Shown piece after piece: positions 46,310 to 55,774 of a stretch of DNA of 64,000 bases. The notes under the pieces are model-generated. The model saw only the letters and a program-made list of their open reading frames with translations, made no database searches and was not told where the DNA came from. Source of the stretch: a virus (Duplodnaviria > Heunggongvirae > Uroviricota > Caudoviricetes); IMG/VR virus record IMGVR_UViG_3300028800_000057; one strand, written 5' to 3'. The translations under genes were made by a program, and so were the position numbers. The stretch's first letter is position 1; each line of letters begins with the position of its first letter.

Positions 46310-47179
46310 ATGGCTGAAGAAGATCTAGACATCGAGCTACCCGACGTTAACGAAGACATTGGCCTTGGGGATGAGGACAAGGGGCGAGTCCAGTCCAACA
46401 AGCTTGAGTGGTACAAGGGTGAGAAGGGTCGTACCGACCGCATTGCTCTTGTGTACTTCAACAACTACGAGACTATTCAACTCCGTAACCAGCTCAAGGC
46501 CAAGCCGGATCTGAGTCAGGAGCAACAGAAGGCCATCATCAAGAAGGTCCGCGCAAGCATCGCTGCCAAGCTCAACAAGTCGGTTGACGCTCTTGAACCT
46601 GTCGACCTGTTGGACCTGAGGGAAGCTCGGTTCAAGCCGGCTTCGGCGGTCTACAAGGAAGGTCTTGGATTCCTCTCATGGCCGACGGGGCTTAGCCCAG
46701 CTGACGAGAAGGTTTGGGCCAAGGTTGGTGACCGTAAGGACTACGTGATCACAGTGGTTCTGTGGTACCCAACTGACCGTGAAGGTGAGATCGACAAGGA
46801 GCGTCTCTCCAAGCATTGGAGAGTTCTCCCCTGGCGCACTACTCCCGAGATGTACGGAAACTTCCGCAGGATGAATAAGGGTCTCGTTGGGGATGGTTCT
46901 TCCATCTCACAGATCGACTTGAACCTCACCTGCAGTGACACCAACTTCCAGAAGAATACCATCACACAGGCGGGCAGCGCCATCTACTTGAAGAACGAGA
47001 ACTTCAAGAAGATGGTACTCGAGAAGGCATTCGCCTTGTACGCTAAGTTGAGCCCATTCCGTACGCTGACGACGGATGAGCTTCGAGAGAAGCTTGGTAT
47101 GCCGGCAGCCGGTGGTGGGGGTTCCTCCAGCGTGGATATCAGCGACGAGGACTTCTCCGGAGTCCTCGGTAACGTCTAA
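46310..47179 (+). CDS. putative ssDNA-binding / recombination mediator protein with acidic C-terminal tail
   Basis: 289 aa, ends DISDEDFSGVLGNV. Sits upstream of the RuvC-like and RecA-like genes. Confidence 0.4.
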   Translation: MAEEDLDIELPDVNEDIGLGDEDKGRVQSNKLEWYKGEKGRTDRIALVYFNNYETIQLRNQLKAKPDLSQEQQKAIIKKVRASIAAKLNKSVDALEPVDLLDLREARFKPASAVYKEGLGFLSWPTGLSPADEKVWAKVGDRKDYVITVVLWYPTDREGEIDKERLSKHWRVLPWRTTPEMYGNFRRMNKGLVGDGSSISQIDLNLTCSDTNFQKNTITQAGSAIYLKNENFKKMVLEKAFALYAKLSPFRTLTTDELREKLGMPAAGGGGSSSVDISDEDFSGVLGNV

Positions 47180-47275
47180 CCCGTGGTAACTGTGAGTAGG
47201 GGCGTTAGTGCGTCCCTACTCAGGCACTTTTTCGTCCAGTAGTCAACAACGACTTGTTGACTACTAGCGGTACAG

Positions 47276-47926
47276 GTGTGCTTAATGTATTCCCTCGGGC
47301 TAGATCCATCATTCTCTGATATGGGTTGGTGTGTACACGACCCATGGGCAGTAGGTAAGGCGCGCGTCATAGATAAGGGCCGTTTTTCAAGCCCTGCTGA
47401 TATGGTGTTCGTAGCTCGATACATGGGTTTGCGATCGTGCATTAACAACTTACTTGATGATTACCCTGAGGTTAGCATCGTTGGAGTAGAGTCACCCCCT
47501 TTTGGTGAAGGTTGGTCTGAAGGACTCTACGCCCTGTTCACATATGTAAATGAAGCGATTTATACCCATCGACGAGATGTGGTGTACTTCGATCCTCTAA
47601 CAGTGAAGTCCCTTGCCAAGGAGGATCCCTCCATACGCAAAGGGAAAATGTTCAAGTCTGACATGGTTGCGATGGCCAAAGCGGATACAGGCATCACTCG
47701 TTGGAACAACGACGAAGCTGATGCCTATAACGTGGCGAGATTCGCAGCTCGGTTCTGGCTGCTGTTAGAGGGTGAGATAGATGAAGATGTACTGATCCCG
47801 TCCGAGCGACACACCTTTATTGGGGAGCACACTTTCTCAAAGGGTGTTCGCTCGGGCGAGATCGACAAGTACGGAACGCTATTCAGGGAAAACGATAGGT
47901 TCTTCAGGTTCTCAAAATTGGAGTGA
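47276..47926 (+). CDS. RuvC-like Holliday junction resolvase
   Basis: N-terminal SLGLDPSFSDMGWCV resembles the RuvC IGIDPG.R.GYAV motif. Acidic residues are spaced as in RuvC. Confidence 0.55.
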   Translation: MCLMYSLGLDPSFSDMGWCVHDPWAVGKARVIDKGRFSSPADMVFVARYMGLRSCINNLLDDYPEVSIVGVESPPFGEGWSEGLYALFTYVNEAIYTHRRDVVYFDPLTVKSLAKEDPSIRKGKMFKSDMVAMAKADTGITRWNNDEADAYNVARFAARFWLLLEGEIDEDVLIPSERHTFIGEHTFSKGVRSGEIDKYGTLFRENDRFFRFSKLE

Positions 47927-49152
47927 TTATGGCTGCCTCTAAGAAAAATGCTCAACCCCCTATGGATGAAGTCGACGCCAAGCGAAGAGAGATGATGGCG
48001 CAGACACGAGCCTTCATTAAGAAGGCGACGGACCAAGACCCAATTGGTACCCGGAATGGTTCCTGGCCTCACTTGCAATCAGGAGCTATCGCGGTTGATA
48101 GCTTGATTGGTGGGACTCCAATCCTTGACGGGTCAGGGCTGGTATGTCCTGGGTACCCCCGAGGACGTATCACAGAGATCTACGGAGCTGAGTCAAGTGG
48201 TAAGACTACCCTTGCTTTAGCTGCTGCAGTTCAGGCTCAGCGAGCCAAGCAAGGGGTTCTGTACTTCGACTATGAAAACGCTATCCACCACGGATACGCG
48301 CGGTCGATTGGAGTCAACTTCGATGAGTCCTACCTGAGCTTGTTCGCACCAACCACCTTGGAAGAGGGCATGAAAATGCTCTACATCGCCATCAAACAAG
48401 GGGTTGGACTGGTTGTCATTGACTCGGTAGCCGCGATGGTACCCAAGGCTGAGTTGGAGAAGAAGCTCGATGACGCGGCTGCCATTGGAGTTCTAGCTCG
48501 GTCGATGAGTTCGGTCCTTCCGAAGATGACTCAGTGGCTCAAGGGCAGCCCGACAGTGGTTATCTTCATCAACCAGGTTCGAGCTAACATATCAAAAACT
48601 AGCTATGGTCCTGGTGACGACAACACGGCTGGTGGTAAAGCCGTGAAGTTCTATGCAAGCCTACGCTTGAAGCTGACTCGAATCAAGTCAGAGTTCATCG
48701 AAAAGGTGGACCCAATCACCCTTCAAAAGAAGAAGATCCCCTTCGGTAACGTGGTTCAGGTCAAGGCCGTCAAGAACAAGATGGATGGGAAGCAAGGACA
48801 TGCCTGCGAGATCTTCATTCGGTATGGTACTGGAGTTGATGAGTACCTGTCCTTGGTTGAGGCGGCGGTACCTCGCAAGATCATACTCAAAAGAGCGTCA
48901 GCCTACGACTTCGAGGGTGAGTCCTTCAAGGGTCGAGACAAGCTACGTAGTTATCTAGTGAGTAACCCAAAGGCTTTCGAGAAGCTTCGGGATAGTGTGA
49001 TGCAGAGCCTTCTTTCTGAGGCCCCAACCGCGGTTACCGAGGTTGATGACGATGACATCGTATCTGACATGAGGAAAGAACTCGATGACGATACCCTGTT
49101 TGACGAGGCAGTTGATACCACTCCTGAAGAGGTAGTTTCCGAGGGGTCATGA
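47923..49152 (+). CDS. RecA-family recombinase (UvsX/Sak4-like)
   Basis: Walker A GAESSGKTTLAL, Walker B LVVIDSVAAM, and a RecA-like L-loop region. Confidence 0.8.
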   Translation: MIMAASKKNAQPPMDEVDAKRREMMAQTRAFIKKATDQDPIGTRNGSWPHLQSGAIAVDSLIGGTPILDGSGLVCPGYPRGRITEIYGAESSGKTTLALAAAVQAQRAKQGVLYFDYENAIHHGYARSIGVNFDESYLSLFAPTTLEEGMKMLYIAIKQGVGLVVIDSVAAMVPKAELEKKLDDAAAIGVLARSMSSVLPKMTQWLKGSPTVVIFINQVRANISKTSYGPGDDNTAGGKAVKFYASLRLKLTRIKSEFIEKVDPITLQKKKIPFGNVVQVKAVKNKMDGKQGHACEIFIRYGTGVDEYLSLVEAAVPRKIILKRASAYDFEGESFKGRDKLRSYLVSNPKAFEKLRDSVMQSLLSEAPTAVTEVDDDDIVSDMRKELDDDTLFDEAVDTTPEEVVSEGS

Positions 49153-50495
49153 TCAATATTGAGGTCAAAGGCTTTCAGTCTGTCGAGGACCTCAAGATCT
49201 CCCTCGACGGGTTCACTGCCATCGTTGGCCGAAGCAACATTGGTAAGAGTGCATTGGTGAGAGCGCTCAAGTGCGCTCTCACCAATGCAGAGGGGGTGAA
49301 CTTCGTCAGGCACGGGCTTGATTGTGCTCGCGTTCTTCGAGGTGTTAAGACCTGCAAGTGTGCCTCCTCGGTACACATTGTGATGGATGGGTTCGACTTA
49401 TTTTGGGAGAAAGGGGATGCAGTAAATCGATACTTCTTCAACGGAGAGAAGTACGACAAGCCTGGTAAGGGTATCCCTGAGTTCCTCCTCAAGGACGGTC
49501 TTGCACCGGTCAAGGTCGGCGATGCCTCCAAGAGTATTCAGATTGCTGACCAGTTCTACCCTCTTTTCCTTCTGGACCAATCTGGTGGGGTAGTAGCCGA
49601 GACTATATCCGATGTTTCTAGGTTGGATCGGGTAAGCAAGGCTACCAAGCTGGTCGAGAAAGACCGTCGGGACCTGCAGGGGGTCAAGAAGATTCGAGAG
49701 GCGGATGCTGATAAGCTCAAGATTCGTCTGTGTGCCTATGAGGGGCTGGATAACGCCCTTCAGAAGGTGGTTGACGTAGAGGGTCAGTACAAGGTCATCG
49801 AGGCCAAGGAAGTCAAGCTAGGGGTCATCAAAGAGTTCCTTTCCAAGCTCAAGGACCTAGCGCTCCGGATCAGGTCCTTGGCGAGTGTTGAGTCTGTCCA
49901 GGTACCTGCTATCGACGCTATTGACCAACTAGGTCAGAAGGTTGACCAGCTCACCAAGTTTTCTGAGGACTACGACCGCCGAGAGGCGATTGTGTCTGGC
50001 TTGAGTTGGGTTGAGGACCTGGAGGGCCGTGTTCCGAATATAGCTTCAGTCTCCACCATGAACTCTAAGGTGGTTCAGCTCACCAAGTTTTCTACTGAGC
50101 ACGCGCGCCGGCAATCTCGGGTTGATGGGCTCACATGGGTCGAATCTTTGGTAGTACCAGAGATCTCCGGTCTAGATGCATTGTCTTCCAAGTTCTCACT
50201 CCTGGATTCTTGGATTGGCAAGCTCAGAGCGCTCAAGGCAAAGTTCGAGACCGTAAGTAAGGCGGTCAAGGCTCCTGTTCCAGATATAGAACTAATTCAA
50301 CAGTTGCAGAACAAGCTAAGTACTCTGAATCAATACCACGCCAAGCTTCAGTCCCTGCAGGGGCTGGTTGGGACCCTCGAAAGCGAATTGACTACGGTTG
50401 AAGTCGAGGAGGCTGGTCTTGAGCAAGAGGTCAGCGCGCTCGGTGTCTGTCCAACCTGTGTGCGACCAATGACCCTGGACCACTCACATGCCTAA
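49149..50495 (+). CDS. Rad50/SbcC-like ATPase, N-terminal half (Walker A + coiled coil + CPTC zinc hook)
   Basis: N-terminal IVGRSNIGKSALV, a long coiled coil with an internal tandem repeat, and a C-terminal CPTCVRPMT. No signature or Walker B motifs. Confidence 0.55.
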   Translation: MINIEVKGFQSVEDLKISLDGFTAIVGRSNIGKSALVRALKCALTNAEGVNFVRHGLDCARVLRGVKTCKCASSVHIVMDGFDLFWEKGDAVNRYFFNGEKYDKPGKGIPEFLLKDGLAPVKVGDASKSIQIADQFYPLFLLDQSGGVVAETISDVSRLDRVSKATKLVEKDRRDLQGVKKIREADADKLKIRLCAYEGLDNALQKVVDVEGQYKVIEAKEVKLGVIKEFLSKLKDLALRIRSLASVESVQVPAIDAIDQLGQKVDQLTKFSEDYDRREAIVSGLSWVEDLEGRVPNIASVSTMNSKVVQLTKFSTEHARRQSRVDGLTWVESLVVPEISGLDALSSKFSLLDSWIGKLRALKAKFETVSKAVKAPVPDIELIQQLQNKLSTLNQYHAKLQSLQGLVGTLESELTTVEVEEAGLEQEVSALGVCPTCVRPMTLDHSHA

Positions 50496-51462
50496 ACTAT
50501 CATTCCTTTTCAGGACTGACACTCACTTGTCCGACAATAGTCCAGCCTCTTGGAAGGCGGACTACACGGAAGAAATCTGGGATAGCTTAACTCAGGTAGG
50601 GGAGCTAGCCAAGAACTTTGAGGTTAATGCAGTGCTCGATGGGGGCGACTACTTCCACAACAAGGCCCCTACCCGTAACTCGCATTACTTGGTTCAGAAG
50701 ACAGCCTTGATTCATGCTGGTTACCCATGTCCTATTCTGATGGTGCCAGGAAACCACGATATCCGCTACAACAACCTGGAGACCCTTGATAGGCAGCCTC
50801 TAGGCACCCTCTATGCTAGTAAGGTCTTCGAGCAACTTGACGAGAGAGTTTTTGAGGATGGGGATCTTCGAGTGCGTGTGGTTGGCGTCCCCTACAACCC
50901 CAACCTGACTCTCAATGAGTTGATGAGTATTCAAAAGAAGAAGGGTGATACTCACTTAATAGCAGTTGTTCACACTTTAGCTTCATTGAGTCCGCCGGCT
51001 TCTGTTGAGGATTTCTGGAACGAACCCGTGTTCTCCTATGAATCACTTGTGAGTCGTAATGGCCCTGATGTTTTCATGTTTGGGCATTGGCATAAGGATC
51101 AAGGTGTTGAGGTTGTAGGTGGTAAGTACTTTGTCAATCAAGGTGCACTATCTCGCGGGTCACTGGTGAGGGAGAACCTTGAACGTACTCCGAAGGTTGC
51201 ACTCGTTGAGTTTGATGGTAGTGGGTTGCGAGTCGAAACCTACAAGCTAGCGGTTGCTCCCGCTGAGGATGTCTTCGACTTGGAGAAGAAGGCGGTCCAA
51301 GAACGTGAGCGCCAAGACATTGACCAGTTCGTTCAGCGTTTGGTGTCTGAGGGAGAAGTTGACCCAGATCAGACTATCGAGGACAACATCAAGTCTCTCG
51401 ACTTCGCTGATGACGTTCGATCTGAGGCACTCAAGTATCTAGAAATGGCTGAAGTAGGATGA
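50488..51462 (+). CDS. Mre11/SbcD-like nuclease (calcineurin-like phosphoesterase)
   Basis: Phosphoesterase motifs DTHLSD, GGDYFHN, VPGNHD and GHWH. Confidence 0.75.
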   Translation: MPKLSFLFRTDTHLSDNSPASWKADYTEEIWDSLTQVGELAKNFEVNAVLDGGDYFHNKAPTRNSHYLVQKTALIHAGYPCPILMVPGNHDIRYNNLETLDRQPLGTLYASKVFEQLDERVFEDGDLRVRVVGVPYNPNLTLNELMSIQKKKGDTHLIAVVHTLASLSPPASVEDFWNEPVFSYESLVSRNGPDVFMFGHWHKDQGVEVVGGKYFVNQGALSRGSLVRENLERTPKVALVEFDGSGLRVETYKLAVAPAEDVFDLEKKAVQERERQDIDQFVQRLVSEGEVDPDQTIEDNIKSLDFADDVRSEALKYLEMAEVG

Positions 51463-52424
51463 GCGTCAACTACATCTCATACTCTGGGTACAAGGAATAC
51501 GAGAAGTGTCCGTATGCCTATTGGTTCAAGTATGTGGTCAAGTACAAGCTCAAGGTACAGGAAAACAGTGTAAATTCACTGTACGGTACCACCATTGGTA
51601 CCGTTTTCGAGGCCTTCTACAAGCAAAAGATTTGGAAGGACAAGGACCTTCTGCGGCGCTTGTTGGAGATCGCCCCCGTGCACCTTGATGCAGCCATCAA
51701 CGAGTCTATGGAGAAGGGGCGAGACGTAGATTGGTTTGATGAGAAAGCCAACTATCATAGTAAGGAGGAGATCATTGCAGATCTCGAAGCGACGATCCCT
51801 ATTGGAGTTCAGACCATCCGAGAGAACCGTTTCGTCGGTCCTCGCATGGATACTGAGTTCAAACTCGACTTCAAGTTCGGCAAGTACATCATTGGGGGCC
51901 GCGCCGACTTCATCATTCAACGGGTGAAGCCATTCAATGACCTTGTGATTCTTGATGGCAAGGGCTCCAAGCACCGTGAGACCTATGTCGATGGTCACAG
52001 GTTAGCCAAAGGACAGAAGATCGAAGGGACCCAATTGAAGTGGTACGCCCTGCTATACAAGGCTAAGTTCAGCAGTATACCTGGTGGTATCGGCTACATT
52101 TTCTGGAGATTCGAGGGCGATAAGGCTATTGAGTGGGTAGAATTCTCCGAACAAGACTTGTATCAACTGAGGGTTGAGGTTCTGTCTGTACTAACTCGCA
52201 TTGACGTTGCAACTGATCGTTTAGACAAGGCTGGAAAAGGGTCTCAAGCATATAATGACCTAAGACAGGAGCTTTTCCCATCACAACCCAGTTATGGTTG
52301 TAACTTGTGTGCATTTGCATCGGTGTGTGAGGACGGTAAGAAACAAGTACAGAAATCTCGCCCACGCCCCAGACTAAACCTGCCAGAAGGTGTAACAGAA
52401 CTTGCCCTCGGTATTGACGACTGA
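51459..52424 (+). CDS. PD-(D/E)XK nuclease, Cas4/RecB-like with C-terminal Fe-S cysteines
   Basis: N-terminal YKEYEKCPYAYWFKY, central D...E.K, and C-terminal CNLCAFASVCEDG. Confidence 0.55.
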   Translation: MSVNYISYSGYKEYEKCPYAYWFKYVVKYKLKVQENSVNSLYGTTIGTVFEAFYKQKIWKDKDLLRRLLEIAPVHLDAAINESMEKGRDVDWFDEKANYHSKEEIIADLEATIPIGVQTIRENRFVGPRMDTEFKLDFKFGKYIIGGRADFIIQRVKPFNDLVILDGKGSKHRETYVDGHRLAKGQKIEGTQLKWYALLYKAKFSSIPGGIGYIFWRFEGDKAIEWVEFSEQDLYQLRVEVLSVLTRIDVATDRLDKAGKGSQAYNDLRQELFPSQPSYGCNLCAFASVCEDGKKQVQKSRPRPRLNLPEGVTELALGIDD

Positions 52425-52731
52425 AGCTTCATGGAGAGGTGGTTTGATGTCTCAGCTTTTGACACCAGATAAACTACAAGAGAAGGTGGCCGGTATCCTT
52501 CAGCGCCACACTAGAATACTACGTCGCAAGTCAGAATTATCTGGGGAGTTAAAGTCGAAGAAGGAAGAACTTGCCTCCCTAGTACGAGAGATTGATGCGG
52601 CTGGGTATAACCCCAAGACTCTTGTTGAGGAGCGGAACAAGACCCAAAAGGATCTTGAGGATATGCTCGAAGATTACGACAGACAACTGACTGAGGTAGA
52701 AGGTACTTTCGCAGAGTATGACAGGAAATGA
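52402..52731 (+). CDS. small coiled-coil protein
   Basis: 109-aa charged ORF. Confidence 0.35.
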   Translation: MPSVLTTEASWRGGLMSQLLTPDKLQEKVAGILQRHTRILRRKSELSGELKSKKEELASLVREIDAAGYNPKTLVEERNKTQKDLEDMLEDYDRQLTEVEGTFAEYDRK

Positions 52732-52739
52732 GGAGCTAA

Positions 52740-54002
52740 ATGAAGATTCAAATCAATTTCAACTTGGCCGATATCATTGAGGCCCTTGACATAGTGTCGG
52801 CTGTAGTTCCGCACCAGACTACTAACGAAGCCGCAGGGTACCTTTTCGTTGTGAGCGGCAAGGAGTGCTACTTGTACTCCAGTGGAGATAATTGTGTTGC
52901 TAGGGCCAAGTTCGACTTGATTGATTCGAGTGGTGACGGGGCTTTTGTATTCCCAGCAGTTAATCTGAGTAACTCATTGCGTCCACTAGCCAAGGAGGAA
53001 GAGACTTGTATCATCGAAGCCTCTTCAGATGAGGATGGTCGCCACCTGGTCAAGTATATGACAAGCCCGGATGGGGCTGAGGCTGAGTTCGGTAGCTACG
53101 CCCCTGATAGCATCTCCCGGTACGATGATGACCTAGCGGCTGCTACTGAGACCTATGAGTACAACCCGTCGATCTTGAAGGAGGCAATCAGCCTTGCTCG
53201 GGTTTTCATGGCCGATAAGATTGACCAGAGTGTGTCCGAAGCGTTCCGAGGTGTCGAGGTTATCGACAAGACTCGGCTTGAGAAAGGGGACGGCTACCTG
53301 TACGCTACTGATCGGTACATAGCCTACTACTTCAAGAGCGACCACTTTGTTGGTAAGAGATTGGCTATTCATGCTACGCACATACCAGCATTCTTGAGTT
53401 TCCTTAGTAAGTGCGACAGTGGTAGTGTGGTTGCCATCAAGATCAATGGTAACCTTACCTTTGCAGTCAGTTCCAAAGGGGACGTCTTTGGTTGGAGCAA
53501 GATTGGGGACCTGCACGACAAGTTCATCCACCACAACCTCAAGATGGACTCATTGGTGGTTCGGGTTAACAAGGCCCGTTTCCTACATGCTTTGGAGTCA
53601 TCCAAAGGAGCCTTGAAGGAAAAGGATGACAGCATCGTATTCAACTACGACGCGAAGACCAGCAAGATTTGGTTCAATGTCACCACCTCGAAGTCCAAGT
53701 CAATCAAGATTGAGGCTACTCCTGTTGTCGATACTGAAGAGGGTACTACGGCTTCCACGGCTGACTCTTTCTCCGCCTCTGTGAGTATTAGGCAGCTCAC
53801 CGAGCTAATTCAGAATATGAAGGGCTATGATGTCACCTTTCGCGGGTACATCGGGAAGCCCAAGGCGGGGACGAAAGCGCTCAATCTGTTCAGGACCATT
53901 GACGAATTCTTCCTGAGTTCTGCAGATGGCAAGGTCACTACATCCCAAGAGGACTCTATTCCGTGTCGAATAACGAGGTTCATGTCCTCTCTGACGAAGT
54001 AG
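52740..54002 (+). CDS. putative sliding clamp (DnaN-like)
   Basis: N-terminal MKIQINFNLADIIEALDIVSAVVP resembles beta-clamp N-termini. 420 aa. It sits beside clamp-loader genes. Weak. Confidence 0.35.
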   Translation: MKIQINFNLADIIEALDIVSAVVPHQTTNEAAGYLFVVSGKECYLYSSGDNCVARAKFDLIDSSGDGAFVFPAVNLSNSLRPLAKEEETCIIEASSDEDGRHLVKYMTSPDGAEAEFGSYAPDSISRYDDDLAAATETYEYNPSILKEAISLARVFMADKIDQSVSEAFRGVEVIDKTRLEKGDGYLYATDRYIAYYFKSDHFVGKRLAIHATHIPAFLSFLSKCDSGSVVAIKINGNLTFAVSSKGDVFGWSKIGDLHDKFIHHNLKMDSLVVRVNKARFLHALESSKGALKEKDDSIVFNYDAKTSKIWFNVTTSKSKSIKIEATPVVDTEEGTTASTADSFSASVSIRQLTELIQNMKGYDVTFRGYIGKPKAGTKALNLFRTIDEFFLSSADGKVTTSQEDSIPCRITRFMSSLTK

Positions 54003-54670
54003 GGAGGAAGCAGCGAGTAAATACCCTCCGGCTTCAGGCGACGAGGGTCAAGACTCTGAGAGACCAGTTGAACTTGGAGCTAGGTGAGAAGGAGAGGGAG
54101 CTAGAGACCCTCTCCTCTCGCTTAGCTATCCTTGCAAAGGTCTCAGAGTTATACCTGATTCTATTGGATCGTATGGTGAAGGGCCAGGTCAAGACCATTG
54201 ACGAGGTAATCACCCACGGATTTCAGACTATATTCTACGACCAGGATCTTCGGTTCGAGACCGAGCTATCCACGAAGTACAATCGGGTTAGTGCAGAGTT
54301 CTTCATTCGTGACGGTGACCCAGACAATGGTGGGACTCGAGGCAGTCCGCTGGAGTCCTATGGTGGAGGCCCTGCAACTATCGCAAGCCTAGTTCTGAGG
54401 ATACTGACAATCCTTCGATTGAAGCGCCGAAAGTTCCTTCTGCTTGATGAGACTCTCTCCGCGGTGTCAGACCTCTACGTGGAGAACACCAGCTTATTCC
54501 TCAAGGGCCTAGCTGAGACTATGGGTCTGGACATATTTTTGGTTACTCAACATCAATCCTATGTCGATTACGCTCCTACATCTTACCATGCTGATATCAA
54601 AATCGATGGGGGTAGGAAGCACTTGACACTACGGCGCGCTAAGGGTTCCAAACATGAAAACCAAGTCTGA
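53963..54670 (+). CDS. Rad50/SbcC-like ATPase, C-terminal half (coiled coil + signature-like + Walker B + H-loop)
   Basis: SYGGGPATIASLVL (signature-like), KFLLLDETLSAVSD (Walker B / D-loop) and FLVTQHQ (H-loop). Confidence 0.55.
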   Translation: MSNNEVHVLSDEVGRKQRVNTLRLQATRVKTLRDQLNLELGEKERELETLSSRLAILAKVSELYLILLDRMVKGQVKTIDEVITHGFQTIFYDQDLRFETELSTKYNRVSAEFFIRDGDPDNGGTRGSPLESYGGGPATIASLVLRILTILRLKRRKFLLLDETLSAVSDLYVENTSLFLKGLAETMGLDIFLVTQHQSYVDYAPTSYHADIKIDGGRKHLTLRRAKGSKHENQV

Positions 54671-55196
54671 GGTAGAGACGAGAGTCAGGGAGTTGGTTTG
54701 TGCAGAACTTGACCGTAGGGTGGCCATGGCCTCAGAAAGGCTACCAACCAGATGTGTCAACAACTACCGGCATCCTCTCGATACTCGGAAGAAGCTTGAG
54801 GGGGAATCCAACCCTGAGTATAACCGAATTACTGACAAGCTCGGGTTGCCGGTGATCCAGACTATTGGTTTCTGCATGCTAGGTTGCAGTGACCCCGAGA
54901 ATTGGGAGGGGACAATCTGCGAGGAGCCCATTGATGCCAAGAAGTGCAAGGACTTCAAGGCGGCTCGGGGCAAGGCAGACATCCTTCCTGAACTGTCCCA
55001 GGACTTGAAGAGCACCTCTTGGGTTGAGGAGAACCTCCCGGAGCTGTTCTCACTGTTATGGGTTCTCGGGGCGGTTCAAGAGATCAAGTTCCCGTGGTGG
55101 AAGTTGGTTTGGTTCTGGTTCTGCAGGGTTCGGTTGGAACCGGTAATCCCAAAGATCGATACCTCGAAGCTGCTACCGCCCCCGATTGACTCATGA
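54654..55196 (+). CDS. hypothetical protein
   Basis: 180-aa ORF. Confidence 0.4.
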   Translation: MKTKSEVETRVRELVCAELDRRVAMASERLPTRCVNNYRHPLDTRKKLEGESNPEYNRITDKLGLPVIQTIGFCMLGCSDPENWEGTICEEPIDAKKCKDFKAARGKADILPELSQDLKSTSWVEENLPELFSLLWVLGAVQEIKFPWWKLVWFWFCRVRLEPVIPKIDTSKLLPPPIDS

Positions 55197-55774
55197 GCTT
55201 TTCGATCTTCTCCTACATACTCGTAGCCGAACGTCTTCGCCCGCGAGCTGACTCTGGAGCTGGGTTCTCGGTACCAGCCCTCTCTGAGAGGGGTGTGGCT
55301 GATGGTCTGGACCCGATCCTTGTGACTAATGCCCGTAGGGAGTTCAAGGTTACGCGCAAGAACAGAGAGGGTATGGCTCGCTTCGGATTCTCCTTTTGCA
55401 CCTTGGAGGAGGAGCCAGCGCTCCTGGGAGACCTAATTCGACAGGTTGTGAGTCTGTCTATCCAAAGTAGTTGGGCAAATCGCTTTGGATCAGTCGGGGA
55501 GGCTGTTGAATCCATGCAGGCATCTCGATTCAAGCCGAAGAACCTAGTTCTACCTAAGGGCGTGGTCAGTCGTTTCACCGATGAAAACGGTGTGCAACAC
55601 GGCAATGTTGAGGGGATTCAACTCTTGTCAACTGACCTGCCAGCTAAATGTGCAATTCTTGTGGCCGATGCACCAGCCTTAGGTGTCTATACAAGGGTGG
55701 GAGACTACATCGGTCTTCAACTATACAATGTAGACAAGACTTTGGCGGTAATCGAGTCTCATGAATTGGGCTGA
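55193..55774 (+). CDS. hypothetical protein
   Basis: 193-aa ORF. Confidence 0.4.
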   Translation: MSFSIFSYILVAERLRPRADSGAGFSVPALSERGVADGLDPILVTNARREFKVTRKNREGMARFGFSFCTLEEEPALLGDLIRQVVSLSIQSSWANRFGSVGEAVESMQASRFKPKNLVLPKGVVSRFTDENGVQHGNVEGIQLLSTDLPAKCAILVADAPALGVYTRVGDYIGLQLYNVDKTLAVIESHELG

